Assembly (NCBI GenBank): GCA_027317865.1
Contig: DAHVQG010000002.1
Coordinates: 249,700 to 313,699 of the forward strand
Length of the DNA: 64,000 nucleotides
Direction: 5' to 3'
Source: Bdellovibrionales bacterium
Lineage (GTDB): Bacteria > Bdellovibrionota > Bdellovibrionia > Bdellovibrionales > UBA1609
Program-made: the position numbers and the translations under genes
Shown here: piece by piece, positions 11,376-20,794 of the stretch
Position numbering within the stretch: the stretch's first letter is position 1
Layout: the number at the start of each line of letters is the position of its first letter
Notes under the pieces: generated by a model
What the model was told of the DNA's origin: nothing
Databases searched by the model: none
What the model saw: only the letters and a program-made list of their open reading frames with translations

Positions 11376-12112
11376 GTTGTTTTTCTCCAGTCGATTGGCT
11401 CAATACCGTGCTTTTTGAGATATGCGTTGGATTTTGAAAAGTGGCGAGAACCAAAAAAGCCACGATGTGCAGAAAGAGGCGACGGATGCGGAGCCTCTAA
11501 AACCAGATGCCGCTTGCGATCAATAAGTGCGCCTTTTTTTTGCGCGAAACTTCCCCAGAGAATGAAGACGATGTGTTGACGATGCTCGTTGAGATATTGA
11601 ACCGCAAAATCAGTAAATTCCTCCCATCCTTTTTTTTGATGAGAACCCGCCTTGCCCGCTTCAACGGATAAGGTTGCATTAAGAAGAAGAACACCCTGTT
11701 TGGCCCAACCACTGAGACAGCCGTTTTTTGGCAATTCAATGCCCAAATCACTTTTCAATTCTTTAAAAATATTTTCTAGCGACGGCGGCAACGCAACACC
11801 TTCTTTGACTGAGAAACAGAGCCCGTGTGCTTGACCCGGACCATGATAGGGATCTTGCCCTAAAATGACCACTTTGACTTCATCCAACGGCGTGAGATTG
11901 AAAGCAGCGAAATACTCCGAAGGTTTAGGATAAATTCGTTTGTTGGATCGCAACTCGTTAAGCAGAAAGGCGCGCAAATCCTGCATATAAGGCTTTTGAA
12001 TTTCACCTTGGAGGGCTGCCCGCCACTGGGGTTCAAGCTTGATCCGAGCGGCCGCTTCACTCAATTGTTCGCTTACGCCAGAGCCCATCTTCACTTGCGT
12101 CCTTCCTAGCAA
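11372..12112 (-). CDS. ung: Uracil-DNA glycosylase family 1
   Basis: GQDPYH, GVLLLN, HPSPLSA. Confidence 0.96.
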   Translation of the reverse strand: MLGRTQVKMGSGVSEQLSEAAARIKLEPQWRAALQGEIQKPYMQDLRAFLLNELRSNKRIYPKPSEYFAAFNLTPLDEVKVVILGQDPYHGPGQAHGLCFSVKEGVALPPSLENIFKELKSDLGIELPKNGCLSGWAKQGVLLLNATLSVEAGKAGSHQKKGWEEFTDFAVQYLNEHRQHIVFILWGSFAQKKGALIDRKRHLVLEAPHPSPLSAHRGFFGSRHFSKSNAYLKKHGIEPIDWRKTT

Positions 12113-12135
12113 ATGGTTTAACTTTTATTCCAACA

Positions 12136-12990
12136 ATGCGGCTTAGACAAGGTGAACGCATGACGCTTCATAAACTCACGGGTGCTGGCAATTGCTTCTT
12201 GTTGATCGACTTATTACAAACGCGATCACATAAGCGCGGTAAAAATCGCTTTGTTCCAAAGGGTAAACGAAGACAATTGGCAAAAAAACTCTGCGACCTG
12301 CACACCGGCATTGGCGCCGATGGACTCCTTTTTCTCGAATCTTCAAAGATTGCCGATCTTAAGTGGGATTTTTACAACGCTGACGGTTCAAATGCCGAAA
12401 TGTGCGGAAACGCTGCCCGTTGCGTTGGAGCATATCTGCTCCAACAATATGAACGCGTCTTATGCACAACCATTTCCACTCGAAGCGGCGTCATTGAGGT
12501 TGAACCGCTTGCTAAGAAAGGTGCGTTTCGAGTCACAATGCCGACCATTCGCGAAATTGAATTAGGCCGCGAATTCGATTTTGTAGACTCTGGAGTACCG
12601 CACGCAGTCGTTTGTATTAAATTCCGCTCGCTTTTTGAAAATGTAAAAGATCTAGAAAAAATAGTGGATAAAATTCGGAGCCTTCGGCGTTTTAAAAAGC
12701 GCGGGGTTAACGTCACATTTTACCTTGCACCACAAGGCAGGCAAAAAAAGCGCAGCACGAGCCGTAACATTAACTCGCTCACTTTTGAGCGCGGCGTTGG
12801 CGGCTTTACCCAAGCTTGCGGAACCGGCGCTGTTGCCGCCGCAACCTCATTCGCCGCTCATAGTGCTTTGACCCGAGGGAGGGTCAACGTGCGCGTGCCG
12901 GGTGGCCAACTCGTCGTTGAACTCGGCCAAACTCGCCCCATCTTGTCGGGGCCGGCATCTTATATCGCAGAAATTCACGTTAACATCTAA
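12136..12990 (+). CDS. dapF: Diaminopimelate epimerase
   Basis: GAGNCF, GIGADG, NADGS.AEMCGNAARC, FERGV..TQACGTGA. Confidence 0.93.
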   Translation: MRLRQGERMTLHKLTGAGNCFLLIDLLQTRSHKRGKNRFVPKGKRRQLAKKLCDLHTGIGADGLLFLESSKIADLKWDFYNADGSNAEMCGNAARCVGAYLLQQYERVLCTTISTRSGVIEVEPLAKKGAFRVTMPTIREIELGREFDFVDSGVPHAVVCIKFRSLFENVKDLEKIVDKIRSLRRFKKRGVNVTFYLAPQGRQKKRSTSRNINSLTFERGVGGFTQACGTGAVAAATSFAAHSALTRGRVNVRVPGGQLVVELGQTRPILSGPASYIAEIHVNI

Positions 12991-13040
12991 AACTTCTTTC
13001 ACTTTATTTTGTCGGCGAAATGGCCTATTTTGACTGAGCC

Positions 13041-14189
13041 ATGAGCCTGGATAAAACTAAACTTTGTAATCAGCTAAAAGTTGTCGAGCAGATAAAGGAG
13101 TCGTCCGACTCGGTGACGCTAGTACTTGATATTCCCGAAAAACTTCGAGACAAATTTCGCTATTCGGCCGGGCAATTTGTCACTTTCTTTCTTGATATTG
13201 ATGGCCAAGAACTTCACCGTAGCTATTCGCTTTGCACAAGCCCGGACTTTGATCAAAAATTCGCCGTCACAGTTAAACGCGTCCCGGGCGGCAGAGGCTC
13301 AACATTTCTGACTGAAAACGTTCACGTTGGCGATGAACTCTGGACCACTCCACCGGCGGGCCGTTTTACTCTCCCCGAGAAAATTGCGGAGCAAAAACTC
13401 GTATTTTTTGCGGCGGGCAGCGGCATCACCCCTATCTTTTCACTCATAAAATCGGCGCTTAAAAAGACAACTTTGCCCTGCCTTTTGTTCTATCAAAATC
13501 GTACCGAAGACGCGGTTATTTTTCGCAGTCAACTCGACGAGCTTGAGAAAACTTCGCAAGGGAGATTTACTGTAACACACGTTTTGTCGAATCCCGACTC
13601 CGAATGGAAGGGGCTTCGGGGGCGCGCACATCACAATATGATTCGCGAATTTTTGATTCGTCATCAGGTCGGCATTCGCTCTCTTTATTTTTTATGCGGC
13701 CCCACCGGTTTTATGGAAACGGTTGAAACAGCACTTAAATCGATGTCGGTAGACCCGCTAAAAATTATTAGTGAAAATTTTGCGACATCACCTTCGCCTG
13801 CAGAAGGCCCCGAGACAACGCCGCCGTCGACGGTCACCGCAGCGGCAAAAACAAACGCTCCTGATTTGACCGGAATGGTCACAATTGGCGATCCGTCAGA
13901 TGTTGGCTCGCCAGAAGTAATCGAGGTTCGTTGGGAGGGCGAAACTAAAACAGTACCGTACAAAGGCAACGCTTCGATTCTTGAAACTCTTCTTGATGCC
14001 GACCTTAACCCTCCGTATTCATGCATGGACGGAGCGTGCATGGCTTGCATGGCCAAAGTTGAGAAAGGACTCGTTTATCAAGCTGATCCTGGAATTTTGT
14101 GCGATGATAATATCGAGGCTAAAGAATGTCTGACCTGCCAATCGCGGCCGGCCTCGAAAATCGTGCGCGTCAACTACGACGCGTTTTAG
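13041..14189 (+). CDS. FAD/NAD oxidoreductase with C-terminal 2Fe-2S ferredoxin (PaaK/Hmp-like)
   Basis: RSYSL, AAGSGITP, CGP, C-terminal YSCMDGACMAC...CLTCQ. Confidence 0.88.
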   Translation: MSLDKTKLCNQLKVVEQIKESSDSVTLVLDIPEKLRDKFRYSAGQFVTFFLDIDGQELHRSYSLCTSPDFDQKFAVTVKRVPGGRGSTFLTENVHVGDELWTTPPAGRFTLPEKIAEQKLVFFAAGSGITPIFSLIKSALKKTTLPCLLFYQNRTEDAVIFRSQLDELEKTSQGRFTVTHVLSNPDSEWKGLRGRAHHNMIREFLIRHQVGIRSLYFLCGPTGFMETVETALKSMSVDPLKIISENFATSPSPAEGPETTPPSTVTAAAKTNAPDLTGMVTIGDPSDVGSPEVIEVRWEGETKTVPYKGNASILETLLDADLNPPYSCMDGACMACMAKVEKGLVYQADPGILCDDNIEAKECLTCQSRPASKIVRVNYDAF

Positions 14190-14191
14190 AT

Positions 14192-15355
14192 CTACTGGAT
14201 AATCGTTCGAAAATTGCGGGTCGGCAATGTGGCCGGGGGACCAGATCCCGTATTTTGTTGAGCCATCTCAATTATTAAACCAATGCGCCCAAGCTCGCGA
14301 CCGTGAGCAGTTTCGATTTGGACGCGCCAATCCCCTGGGCTATAGTGATCCTTGTACACGAACGTTCGAAAACCTTGTGCACGGCCGCCGGTGATCGTGC
14401 CCGCAATGCGATCTTGCGTTTGCCAACCGCGCCTCGTGTATTTGAGCCAGTGAAAAATAATCTGATCTTTAAAATTTCGTGGAGCAAATATTCGCGCATA
14501 ACAAAAAACGCGATCGCCGGGATCTGCAACAAAGGTTTGGTCGCCGTGCTGCCAAAACTTCCACCACGGCCGGTCGTATGATAAAACTAAATGCGTTTGG
14601 CCATCGGTTTTAACGGTCTGAACATTGTGAAATATCCCGACGTACTGAACGGATAACGGAATCGGCGGCAATATTCGCAAAAAGTAAAGCGCAACCAGAC
14701 TTACGGCAACTATCCCCGTCGGCAGGAGAATTGCGCGTTTAAGATACGCACCCCCTTGCCCCGCCTTAGCCGCCAAAGTTCGGTACAAAGTATAGAAAAA
14801 AAGCAAACCTATAATTAAACCGGCAAAAAACGCCGTGTAACCGATAAATTCAAGAATGAGCGCGATCATAATGAAAAGAAACGAAAAAATTGCGACCGAG
14901 TAGAGCCCGAACTTTATCTGTAGATTGCGTTTATGAAACCGGGGCGATTCGTTCAAAACTAAAAGCCCAAAAATAATAAGAATAAAAATCGCCGACGTGG
15001 CAAGCGAACTGCTTTTGAAATAAAAAAGAGTGTAAATGTTAAGAAGTGTTCCAAGAAAAAAGTTAAGCGCTTCTGAGTTATAGTGCCAATATTTCGCAAG
15101 CCGCCCGGAGGGGTGCCAGACATCCATCTCTTCAAGAGTTTTAAATTTCAATATTTGAAGCACAATAAGTAAATAGGCGAATTGTTGAATGAGCGCTTTG
15201 ACGCTGTCGATTCTCCGAAGCATGACCGCATCGAAAATAAACCCGCCAACAAAAAATGCAGGCGCCAAATAGCGGCTATGCCGCTTCTTAAATTCTAAGG
15301 CTTGGTTTTTCAGTTTTACAGCACGCTCAAAAAGGCGCGATGGAGTAAGACTCAT
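14192..15355 (-). CDS. Multi-TM membrane protein with DUF2914-like C-terminal domain
   Basis: Many TM segments; C-terminal GGRAQGFRT...PGDWRVQIET..GRELG. Confidence 0.65.
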   Translation of the reverse strand: MSLTPSRLFERAVKLKNQALEFKKRHSRYLAPAFFVGGFIFDAVMLRRIDSVKALIQQFAYLLIVLQILKFKTLEEMDVWHPSGRLAKYWHYNSEALNFFLGTLLNIYTLFYFKSSSLATSAIFILIIFGLLVLNESPRFHKRNLQIKFGLYSVAIFSFLFIMIALILEFIGYTAFFAGLIIGLLFFYTLYRTLAAKAGQGGAYLKRAILLPTGIVAVSLVALYFLRILPPIPLSVQYVGIFHNVQTVKTDGQTHLVLSYDRPWWKFWQHGDQTFVADPGDRVFCYARIFAPRNFKDQIIFHWLKYTRRGWQTQDRIAGTITGGRAQGFRTFVYKDHYSPGDWRVQIETAHGRELGRIGLIIEMAQQNTGSGPPATLPTRNFRTIIQ

Positions 15356-15398
15356 TGGTTGATTCTCACCGTGGGCAATTTGTGTTATCCTTAGCAGG

Positions 15399-16115
15399 AT
15401 GTCACAGAATCAAGCTAACCCAAAGACAATTGGTTCACTCAAGACCTTGATCGTTGAACCACGCTCCGAGCGCACCAAACCCGGTCCAGCCGTTATACTT
15501 TTTCACGGTTATGGCGCTGATGCCGCCGACCTTTTGCCACTTTCAGATTTAATGGCGCTGCGAGAAAACATTACTTGGATCTTCCCTGAAGCTCCGCTTC
15601 AAGTGATTTCGGCTCCGGGCATGTACGGTAGAGCCTGGTATTCACTCGACTCAAATCTGCTCGAGCGTTCGCTTCGTACCGGTGAGCCGGCCGATTTAAG
15701 CACCATCCTGCCAAAGGGATTGGATGCGGCCCGAACGGCTGCCCTGAGTTTATATAACGAATTAATTCCGAAGCACAGCGCGATTATTTTGGGAGGTTTC
15801 AGTCAGGGCGCGACACTTGCCACGGAACTCGCGTTAACCGCTCCGGTTAAACCTGCGGGTCTTGTGATAATGTCCGGAACCGTTATTTGCGAATCACGCT
15901 GGCGCAAACTTTCATCAACCGCACGGGGCATTCCGTTCTTTCAGTGCCACGGTAAAAACGACCCGCTTCTGGGTTATCAATTCGCGGAGAAATTATTTTC
16001 GCTTCTGCAAAGCGCCGGTCTTCATGGCGAGTTCATGCCATTTTCAGGTGGTCACGAAATTCCGCCTAAAGCGATAGAAAAGATCGCAAAATTCATCAAT
16101 CATACGCTGCGGTAA
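15399..16115 (+). CDS. Alpha/beta hydrolase (phospholipase/carboxylesterase)
   Basis: FHGYGA, GGFSQG, HGKND, GGHEI. Confidence 0.88.
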   Translation: MSQNQANPKTIGSLKTLIVEPRSERTKPGPAVILFHGYGADAADLLPLSDLMALRENITWIFPEAPLQVISAPGMYGRAWYSLDSNLLERSLRTGEPADLSTILPKGLDAARTAALSLYNELIPKHSAIILGGFSQGATLATELALTAPVKPAGLVIMSGTVICESRWRKLSSTARGIPFFQCHGKNDPLLGYQFAEKLFSLLQSAGLHGEFMPFSGGHEIPPKAIEKIAKFINHTLR

Positions 16116-16681
16116 AATTGCTCCAGGGGCGGCCTTTCGGTTTTTTGCGGAATGACTCGCGGGTACCCGATGTGAATGACGCCCGCGATTTCATGAGTAT
16201 CAGACGAAATATTTAAAAGCGAATAAAGCTCTGAAGCTTGAATGAGTTGCCCAGTTGACCATTTCATCCCCACATTTTCACTCCACAAATAAAGCGCCAT
16301 GTTTTGAAGCGCACAAGCCAGTGAAGCGTAATCTTCGCGTTCGGTCGCAACACGTTTTTTAATTCCCGCAATAAGTAGAACTGGAGCTTCGAGAATTTTC
16401 ACGCGAGCGGCCTCGGCCGCCTTTACACTCAAAGGCGATTTTTGCGACTTTAATTTCACGTAGAGATCGGCAATTTCATTTCTCGTTTTGCCTTGCACGC
16501 GAATAAAAAACCACGGCCATGTCAGGTGATGATTGGGCGCGTGAATAGCTGACTCAAGAGCCGACTGAAGAATCTCATCTGATACTTTTTTATCTGAATA
16601 TGAATGAATTGTGCGACGGCTTTTTATAATTTCAAAAACTTCCACGACCTCGACCAAAGCAGAACTAGACTTTTCAGTCAA
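16100..16681 (-). CDS. Nitroreductase family protein
   Basis: SRRTIHSY, APNHHLTWPW, QNMALYLW..G..WS, HIGYP. Confidence 0.85.
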   Translation of the reverse strand: MTEKSSSALVEVVEVFEIIKSRRTIHSYSDKKVSDEILQSALESAIHAPNHHLTWPWFFIRVQGKTRNEIADLYVKLKSQKSPLSVKAAEAARVKILEAPVLLIAGIKKRVATEREDYASLACALQNMALYLWSENVGMKWSTGQLIQASELYSLLNISSDTHEIAGVIHIGYPRVIPQKTERPPLEQFYRSV

Positions 16682-16705
16682 TTAACATCCAGCGAAAATG
16701 TAGAG

Positions 16706-17689
16706 ATGAGAAATAGCTTACAAACAGTTATGATAATCCTTGCCGCAGCCTTTCTCATCGCGGGCTGCAGCTCGAACAATAAGGGCGGCAACAACTCAAA
16801 TCGCTCCCCCGCTTCAAACGGAGGAGCACCCGTCGGGGCCGTCGCCAATTCCTCCTGTTACAACGGGCGTTGTTTGCAAACAATGCCCTTTAGTCAAATA
16901 GTCGATCCTCAAGATTACATTTACAAAAATCCAAACTCATTCCCCTACCCGTCTTTGCGCCCACAATATCAGGTGCCCACTCACATGATAGATCTTGCAT
17001 ACGTGAATGCTTCTTGGCCGCTGTCAAAAAGTTTTACCGTCGGCGACTTTATGGACTATAACCACGGCCGCTATGCTATTTTTTCACCGGCTGTCGTCAA
17101 TATCATGCAAGACATCCAAAACGACGCGAATACCCCGATTTGGATTACCAGCGGATATCGAAGCCCCACCCATAACGCACAAGTTGGAGGCGTAGCCTGG
17201 TCCCGACATCAGTACGGTGACGCAGTTGATTTTACTAGTCCTTCGCCTAATTATTCGTTTCTTCAAAGTCTTTGCCTGAAATACGACGCCAGCTTCACAC
17301 TTATATATACAAATCACATTCACTGTGATTGGCGAAAGTATCCACTTGATCCGGCGTTTTACGGCTCAAATGCGATTCATTTGAACTCTTTGGTTAAGAC
17401 CACAGTTGTACCGCCATACGGACACTACGGCACGGTAAAGGTACCCGCTCAAATCGTGCCACTTATTTCAAGAGACGGCCGATTCGTTCGATTTAGTGTC
17501 ACAATAAAAGACGTCGATCTTGAGGGCCACCTAATTTACAAGTGGCAAGTAACAACCGCACTCGAAAAAAAACTGGCATCAAGCCATTCGTCGATCGAAC
17601 TGCCGATTGCCCAAGCCCCGTACAAAATCGACGTGGTTGTTGGCGGATTCATTCATTTACAAAAAACCTGGCCGGCTCAAACAAATTAA
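16706..17689 (+). CDS. Lipoprotein with peptidase M15A (D-Ala-D-Ala carboxypeptidase-like) domain
   Basis: Lipobox LIAGC; ITSGYRS..HN..VGG..SRHQYGDAVD and HIHCD. Confidence 0.8.
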   Translation: MRNSLQTVMIILAAAFLIAGCSSNNKGGNNSNRSPASNGGAPVGAVANSSCYNGRCLQTMPFSQIVDPQDYIYKNPNSFPYPSLRPQYQVPTHMIDLAYVNASWPLSKSFTVGDFMDYNHGRYAIFSPAVVNIMQDIQNDANTPIWITSGYRSPTHNAQVGGVAWSRHQYGDAVDFTSPSPNYSFLQSLCLKYDASFTLIYTNHIHCDWRKYPLDPAFYGSNAIHLNSLVKTTVVPPYGHYGTVKVPAQIVPLISRDGRFVRFSVTIKDVDLEGHLIYKWQVTTALEKKLASSHSSIELPIAQAPYKIDVVVGGFIHLQKTWPAQTN

Positions 17690-17705
17690 TTTAGACTCGC
17701 TGAGA

Positions 17706-18137
17706 ATGTTTATTAAATTTCATAACTCCAGATATTTAATTGTTTTGGATCGCAACCAACCCCTTTTACAATCACTGACCGAACTCGCCCAGAAGCACAA
17801 TATTTTAGGGGGGTCACTGAACGGTATCGGCGCCTTGAAAAATGTCGAGCTTGGTTATTACGAACTCCACAAAAAAGAGTACGTTCGAAAATTTTTTAAC
17901 AATGAAGACTTTGAACTTCTTACGCTTAGCGGAAACGTAAGTTGGCGCGACGGGGCCCCTTATATTCATGCCCACACGGCTTTGGGCCGGTCTGACTTTT
18001 CGGTTATAGGAGGCCATTTATTTGAAGCCCAAGTCGCAGTTACGGCTGAGATCTATTTAACTCCATTTGGCGTGATGCCTGAGCGCACCCCCCAGCCCGA
18101 ATTAGGCCTGCAAACAATTACTCACTGCCGACTGTAA
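17706..18137 (+). CDS. PPC/DUF296 domain protein
   Basis: GIGAL, FELLTLSGN, HAH..LG, GGHL. Confidence 0.85.
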   Translation: MFIKFHNSRYLIVLDRNQPLLQSLTELAQKHNILGGSLNGIGALKNVELGYYELHKKEYVRKFFNNEDFELLTLSGNVSWRDGAPYIHAHTALGRSDFSVIGGHLFEAQVAVTAEIYLTPFGVMPERTPQPELGLQTITHCRL

Positions 18138-18319
18138 ACTCGATTTATAGTGGGTTTGGTTAATTTTCTGGTCCACAATCCACTTTGCAATTTTTTGTAC
18201 CTATGTTACATGATTGTTAAGTTAAATGTCCCTGTTCCGAGAGAGTTTTGCGTCTGTTTCTCTAGTTCCGAGATCACCGACCTTCTCTTGAGCCAGGTTA
18301 CCCTGAGGAGGTTTAATCA

Positions 18320-18640
18320 ATGGGTAAAAAGCTATATGTAGGGAATCTTCCCTATTCCACCGACGATGCCGTCTTACAAAACTTTTTTGAAGGCGCAGGC
18401 GCAGTTGCCTCGGCGCGCGTGATCATGGATCGCGCCACCGGCCGCTCGAAAGGTTTTGGTTTCGTCGAAATGAATTCAGACGAAGACGCACAAAAAGCCA
18501 TTAGCGAATTAGATGGCAAAGAAATCGACGGACGAAAAGTTCGCGTTTCTGAAGCTAAACCGCAAGAACCACGCGAAAATCGTGGCTTTGGCGGTGGTGG
18601 CAACCGAGGATTCAGCGGTGGCCGCGGCGGTCGCTACTAA
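18320..18640 (+). CDS. RRM RNA-binding protein with Gly-rich tail
   Basis: LYVGNL (RNP2), KGFGFVEM (RNP1); SD GAGGAGG. Confidence 0.95.
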   Translation: MGKKLYVGNLPYSTDDAVLQNFFEGAGAVASARVIMDRATGRSKGFGFVEMNSDEDAQKAISELDGKEIDGRKVRVSEAKPQEPRENRGFGGGGNRGFSGGRGGRY

Positions 18641-18686
18641 TCCAGTTATCACTACTGGCAATTAAAAGTTTTATTTTGCACTTTTG

Positions 18687-18720
18687 GGCCGTCGAAATAT
18701 AAAGCGACGGCCTTTTTGTT
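18687..18720 (+). terminator. Rho-independent terminator
   Basis: GGCCGTCG-loop-CGACGGCC followed by TTTTTGTT. Confidence 0.85.
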
Positions 18721-18731
18721 AATTTGCTACT

Positions 18732-19664
18732 TTGACTCTCAGCTGGGAGTTTTGTGAATTGAAAATACTGGTTGCTGGCGGCACGGGCTTTCTTGGCTCA
18801 AATCTCGTAAAAAAGCTAATTGAACGTCATCACGAAATCGTATTACTCACAAGAAGACCGGCCTACGGCCAGAAAACTTCTACTTATCAAGTTGTACATT
18901 GGCCCCTCACTCATGACTCCGATTTGACAATTGCCCGACAATGTCAGGCGATAGTGAACCTTGCGGGCGAATCGATCGCGGGTCACTACTGGAGCGAAAA
19001 CAGAAAAAATCTCATTCGCCTCTCGCGAATTCAGTTTACGCGCGATCTCGTCGATGCCGTTGCCACTTCGGCCGAACTGAAAATATTCTTGTCAGGGTCG
19101 GCTACCGGATTTTATGGCGACAGAAAGTCAGAATTATTAACTGAAGAATCACCCCGAGGCACCGGTTTTCTGGCTGATGTCTGTCGCGCGTGGGAGGCAG
19201 AAGCGAATGTTTTAAGAGTAAATTCAAATATTCGAGTCGTAAATCTTCGCACCGGCACTGTACTTGCGCGGGGATGCGGATTTTTAGGCGAAATAGAACG
19301 TCTTTATCGCCTGCATCTCGGCGGGCCCGCAGGTTCAGGAGATCAGTTTATAAGTTGGATTCATTTGTCGGATTGGTTAAATGCTGTTCTTTTTATTTTA
19401 GAAAATGCCACAATTTCTGGCCCCGTGAATCTGGTCGCACCCGAACCAATTACAAACGGCGCGTTTAGCCGCTTTTATCGAACAATTTTAAATAAACCCT
19501 TTCAGGTGCCGGCCCCTGAAATCGTACTGAAGCTCATCCTCGGCGAACAGTCTGCGCTTTTGCTTGAAAGTCAAAACGCACGGCCAAAAAAATTAGACGA
19601 ATACGGATTTCGTTTTGAGTATCCTTCGCTTCGAGACGCTTTAGAAGAGATATATAAATCGTAG
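18732..19664 (+). CDS. TIGR01777/YfcH-like NAD-dependent epimerase
   Basis: GGTGFLG, VNLAGESI, SATGFYG, SWIH..D, GPVN..AP. Confidence 0.88.
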   Translation: MTLSWEFCELKILVAGGTGFLGSNLVKKLIERHHEIVLLTRRPAYGQKTSTYQVVHWPLTHDSDLTIARQCQAIVNLAGESIAGHYWSENRKNLIRLSRIQFTRDLVDAVATSAELKIFLSGSATGFYGDRKSELLTEESPRGTGFLADVCRAWEAEANVLRVNSNIRVVNLRTGTVLARGCGFLGEIERLYRLHLGGPAGSGDQFISWIHLSDWLNAVLFILENATISGPVNLVAPEPITNGAFSRFYRTILNKPFQVPAPEIVLKLILGEQSALLLESQNARPKKLDEYGFRFEYPSLRDALEEIYKS

Positions 19665-19766
19665 CTTCTTTAAACCCTAGCGATGAGCGGGAGGGACGTG
19701 AATAACGTACCTTTTGACTTTCGCGAGGGGGGAGGGGGAAAGTGCCCATCGCCAGAGCTTAAGAAG
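19665..19766 (-). ncRNA. Candidate structured RNA (long stem, three-way junction, C-rich loop)
   Basis: 23-bp stem between 19665-19688 and 19744-19766; its four A/C oppositions become G-U pairs on the minus strand; two inner hairpins. Confidence 0.45.
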
Positions 19767-20021
19767 TGACCGAGCCAACGTTCTAGTTCAACCGACGAAC
19801 CACGTGAACCAGTAAAGCAAATATCTCGCCACAAAGATTACCTATCTATTACCCGCTAATTCGATATTACGGGCCTCGATTTTGAAATACGGGACGCTTG
19901 TCGTCACTCGATGCGCACAAATTGTGAACGCTTGAGGTTCACTAGTTCCGCTAAAAATACTTTCAAACAGTGTCTATTTTTTCGACAGACTATTGCCCGC
20001 ATTTTGCAACGTTATAGTTAA

Positions 20022-20318
20022 ATGCAGACCATGCTCGAGGCCATCGCTCAATTACGTCGCCAAGGTTACAAACACGATTTTACACTTGAAGAATTGCGCC
20101 AATTTGACCCCGAGCAATTTGGCCACGATTACGTTGTCGATCAAACTTACCGTTTTGATGAACTGTCTGATCCCGAAGATCAGTCGACCCTTTACGCCGT
20201 TTCTTCAAGGGACGGCCGCACCCATGGGATTTTAGTCAATGGCTATGGTTTATATTCAGATCCCGTTGTCACGGGCCTTCTTGATCACCTTGAAGCCAGA
20301 CGGAACGAGCGCAACTGA
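20022..20318 (+). CDS. Conserved-looking hypothetical protein
   Basis: 98-aa ORF with GY..DF, YRF...SDP.D....YA, G.LVNGYG.YSD pattern; function unknown. Confidence 0.65.
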   Translation: MQTMLEAIAQLRRQGYKHDFTLEELRQFDPEQFGHDYVVDQTYRFDELSDPEDQSTLYAVSSRDGRTHGILVNGYGLYSDPVVTGLLDHLEARRNERN

Positions 20319-20441
20319 GCCTGAGCCGCAAGAGTCATACAGTCGCCCTCGTGCTGACAAATACATCGCGTCGCTTTTGGCGCGCCGAAGTGGTCAACTT
20401 GGGCAATTTCTGTTAGAATGTGTCGAATATAAATGTCTCTT

Positions 20442-20794
20442 GGGGGCGTAACGGCTTCGACGTGGGTCGTGAAGCTTAAGGAGCATGCCGGGGCGATCGG
20501 ACCTCGTTAAAAACTGGTCAAACTGTTAATTGGCAACACCAATTTTCAACTTGCTGCCTAATTAGGTTCAGCACGCCGACTGTGGGAGTGGTGGCGGCTC
20601 ATAGAAGGCGTCATTTAGTCACCTCGATTGTTCGTGGCTTCTCTGCGCGAGCGGTTTAAATTTTTCAGAGGATGGCCATTTGCGAGTTTGTTTGTGGACG
20701 CGCAACTGGCAACATAAATCACAAACTAAGCATGTAGTTTGGCCTTAATGTGAATCACCTGCGGACCCGGGTTCAACTCCCGGCGCCTCCACCA
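20442..20794 (+). ncRNA. ssrA: tmRNA; tag peptide (A)GNTNFQLAA at 20532-20561
   Basis: 5' GGGGGCG pairs with 3' CGCCTCC-ACCA including the G3-U Ala determinant; T-arm CCGGGTTCAACTCCCGG; tag ends LAA-stop. Confidence 0.96.
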
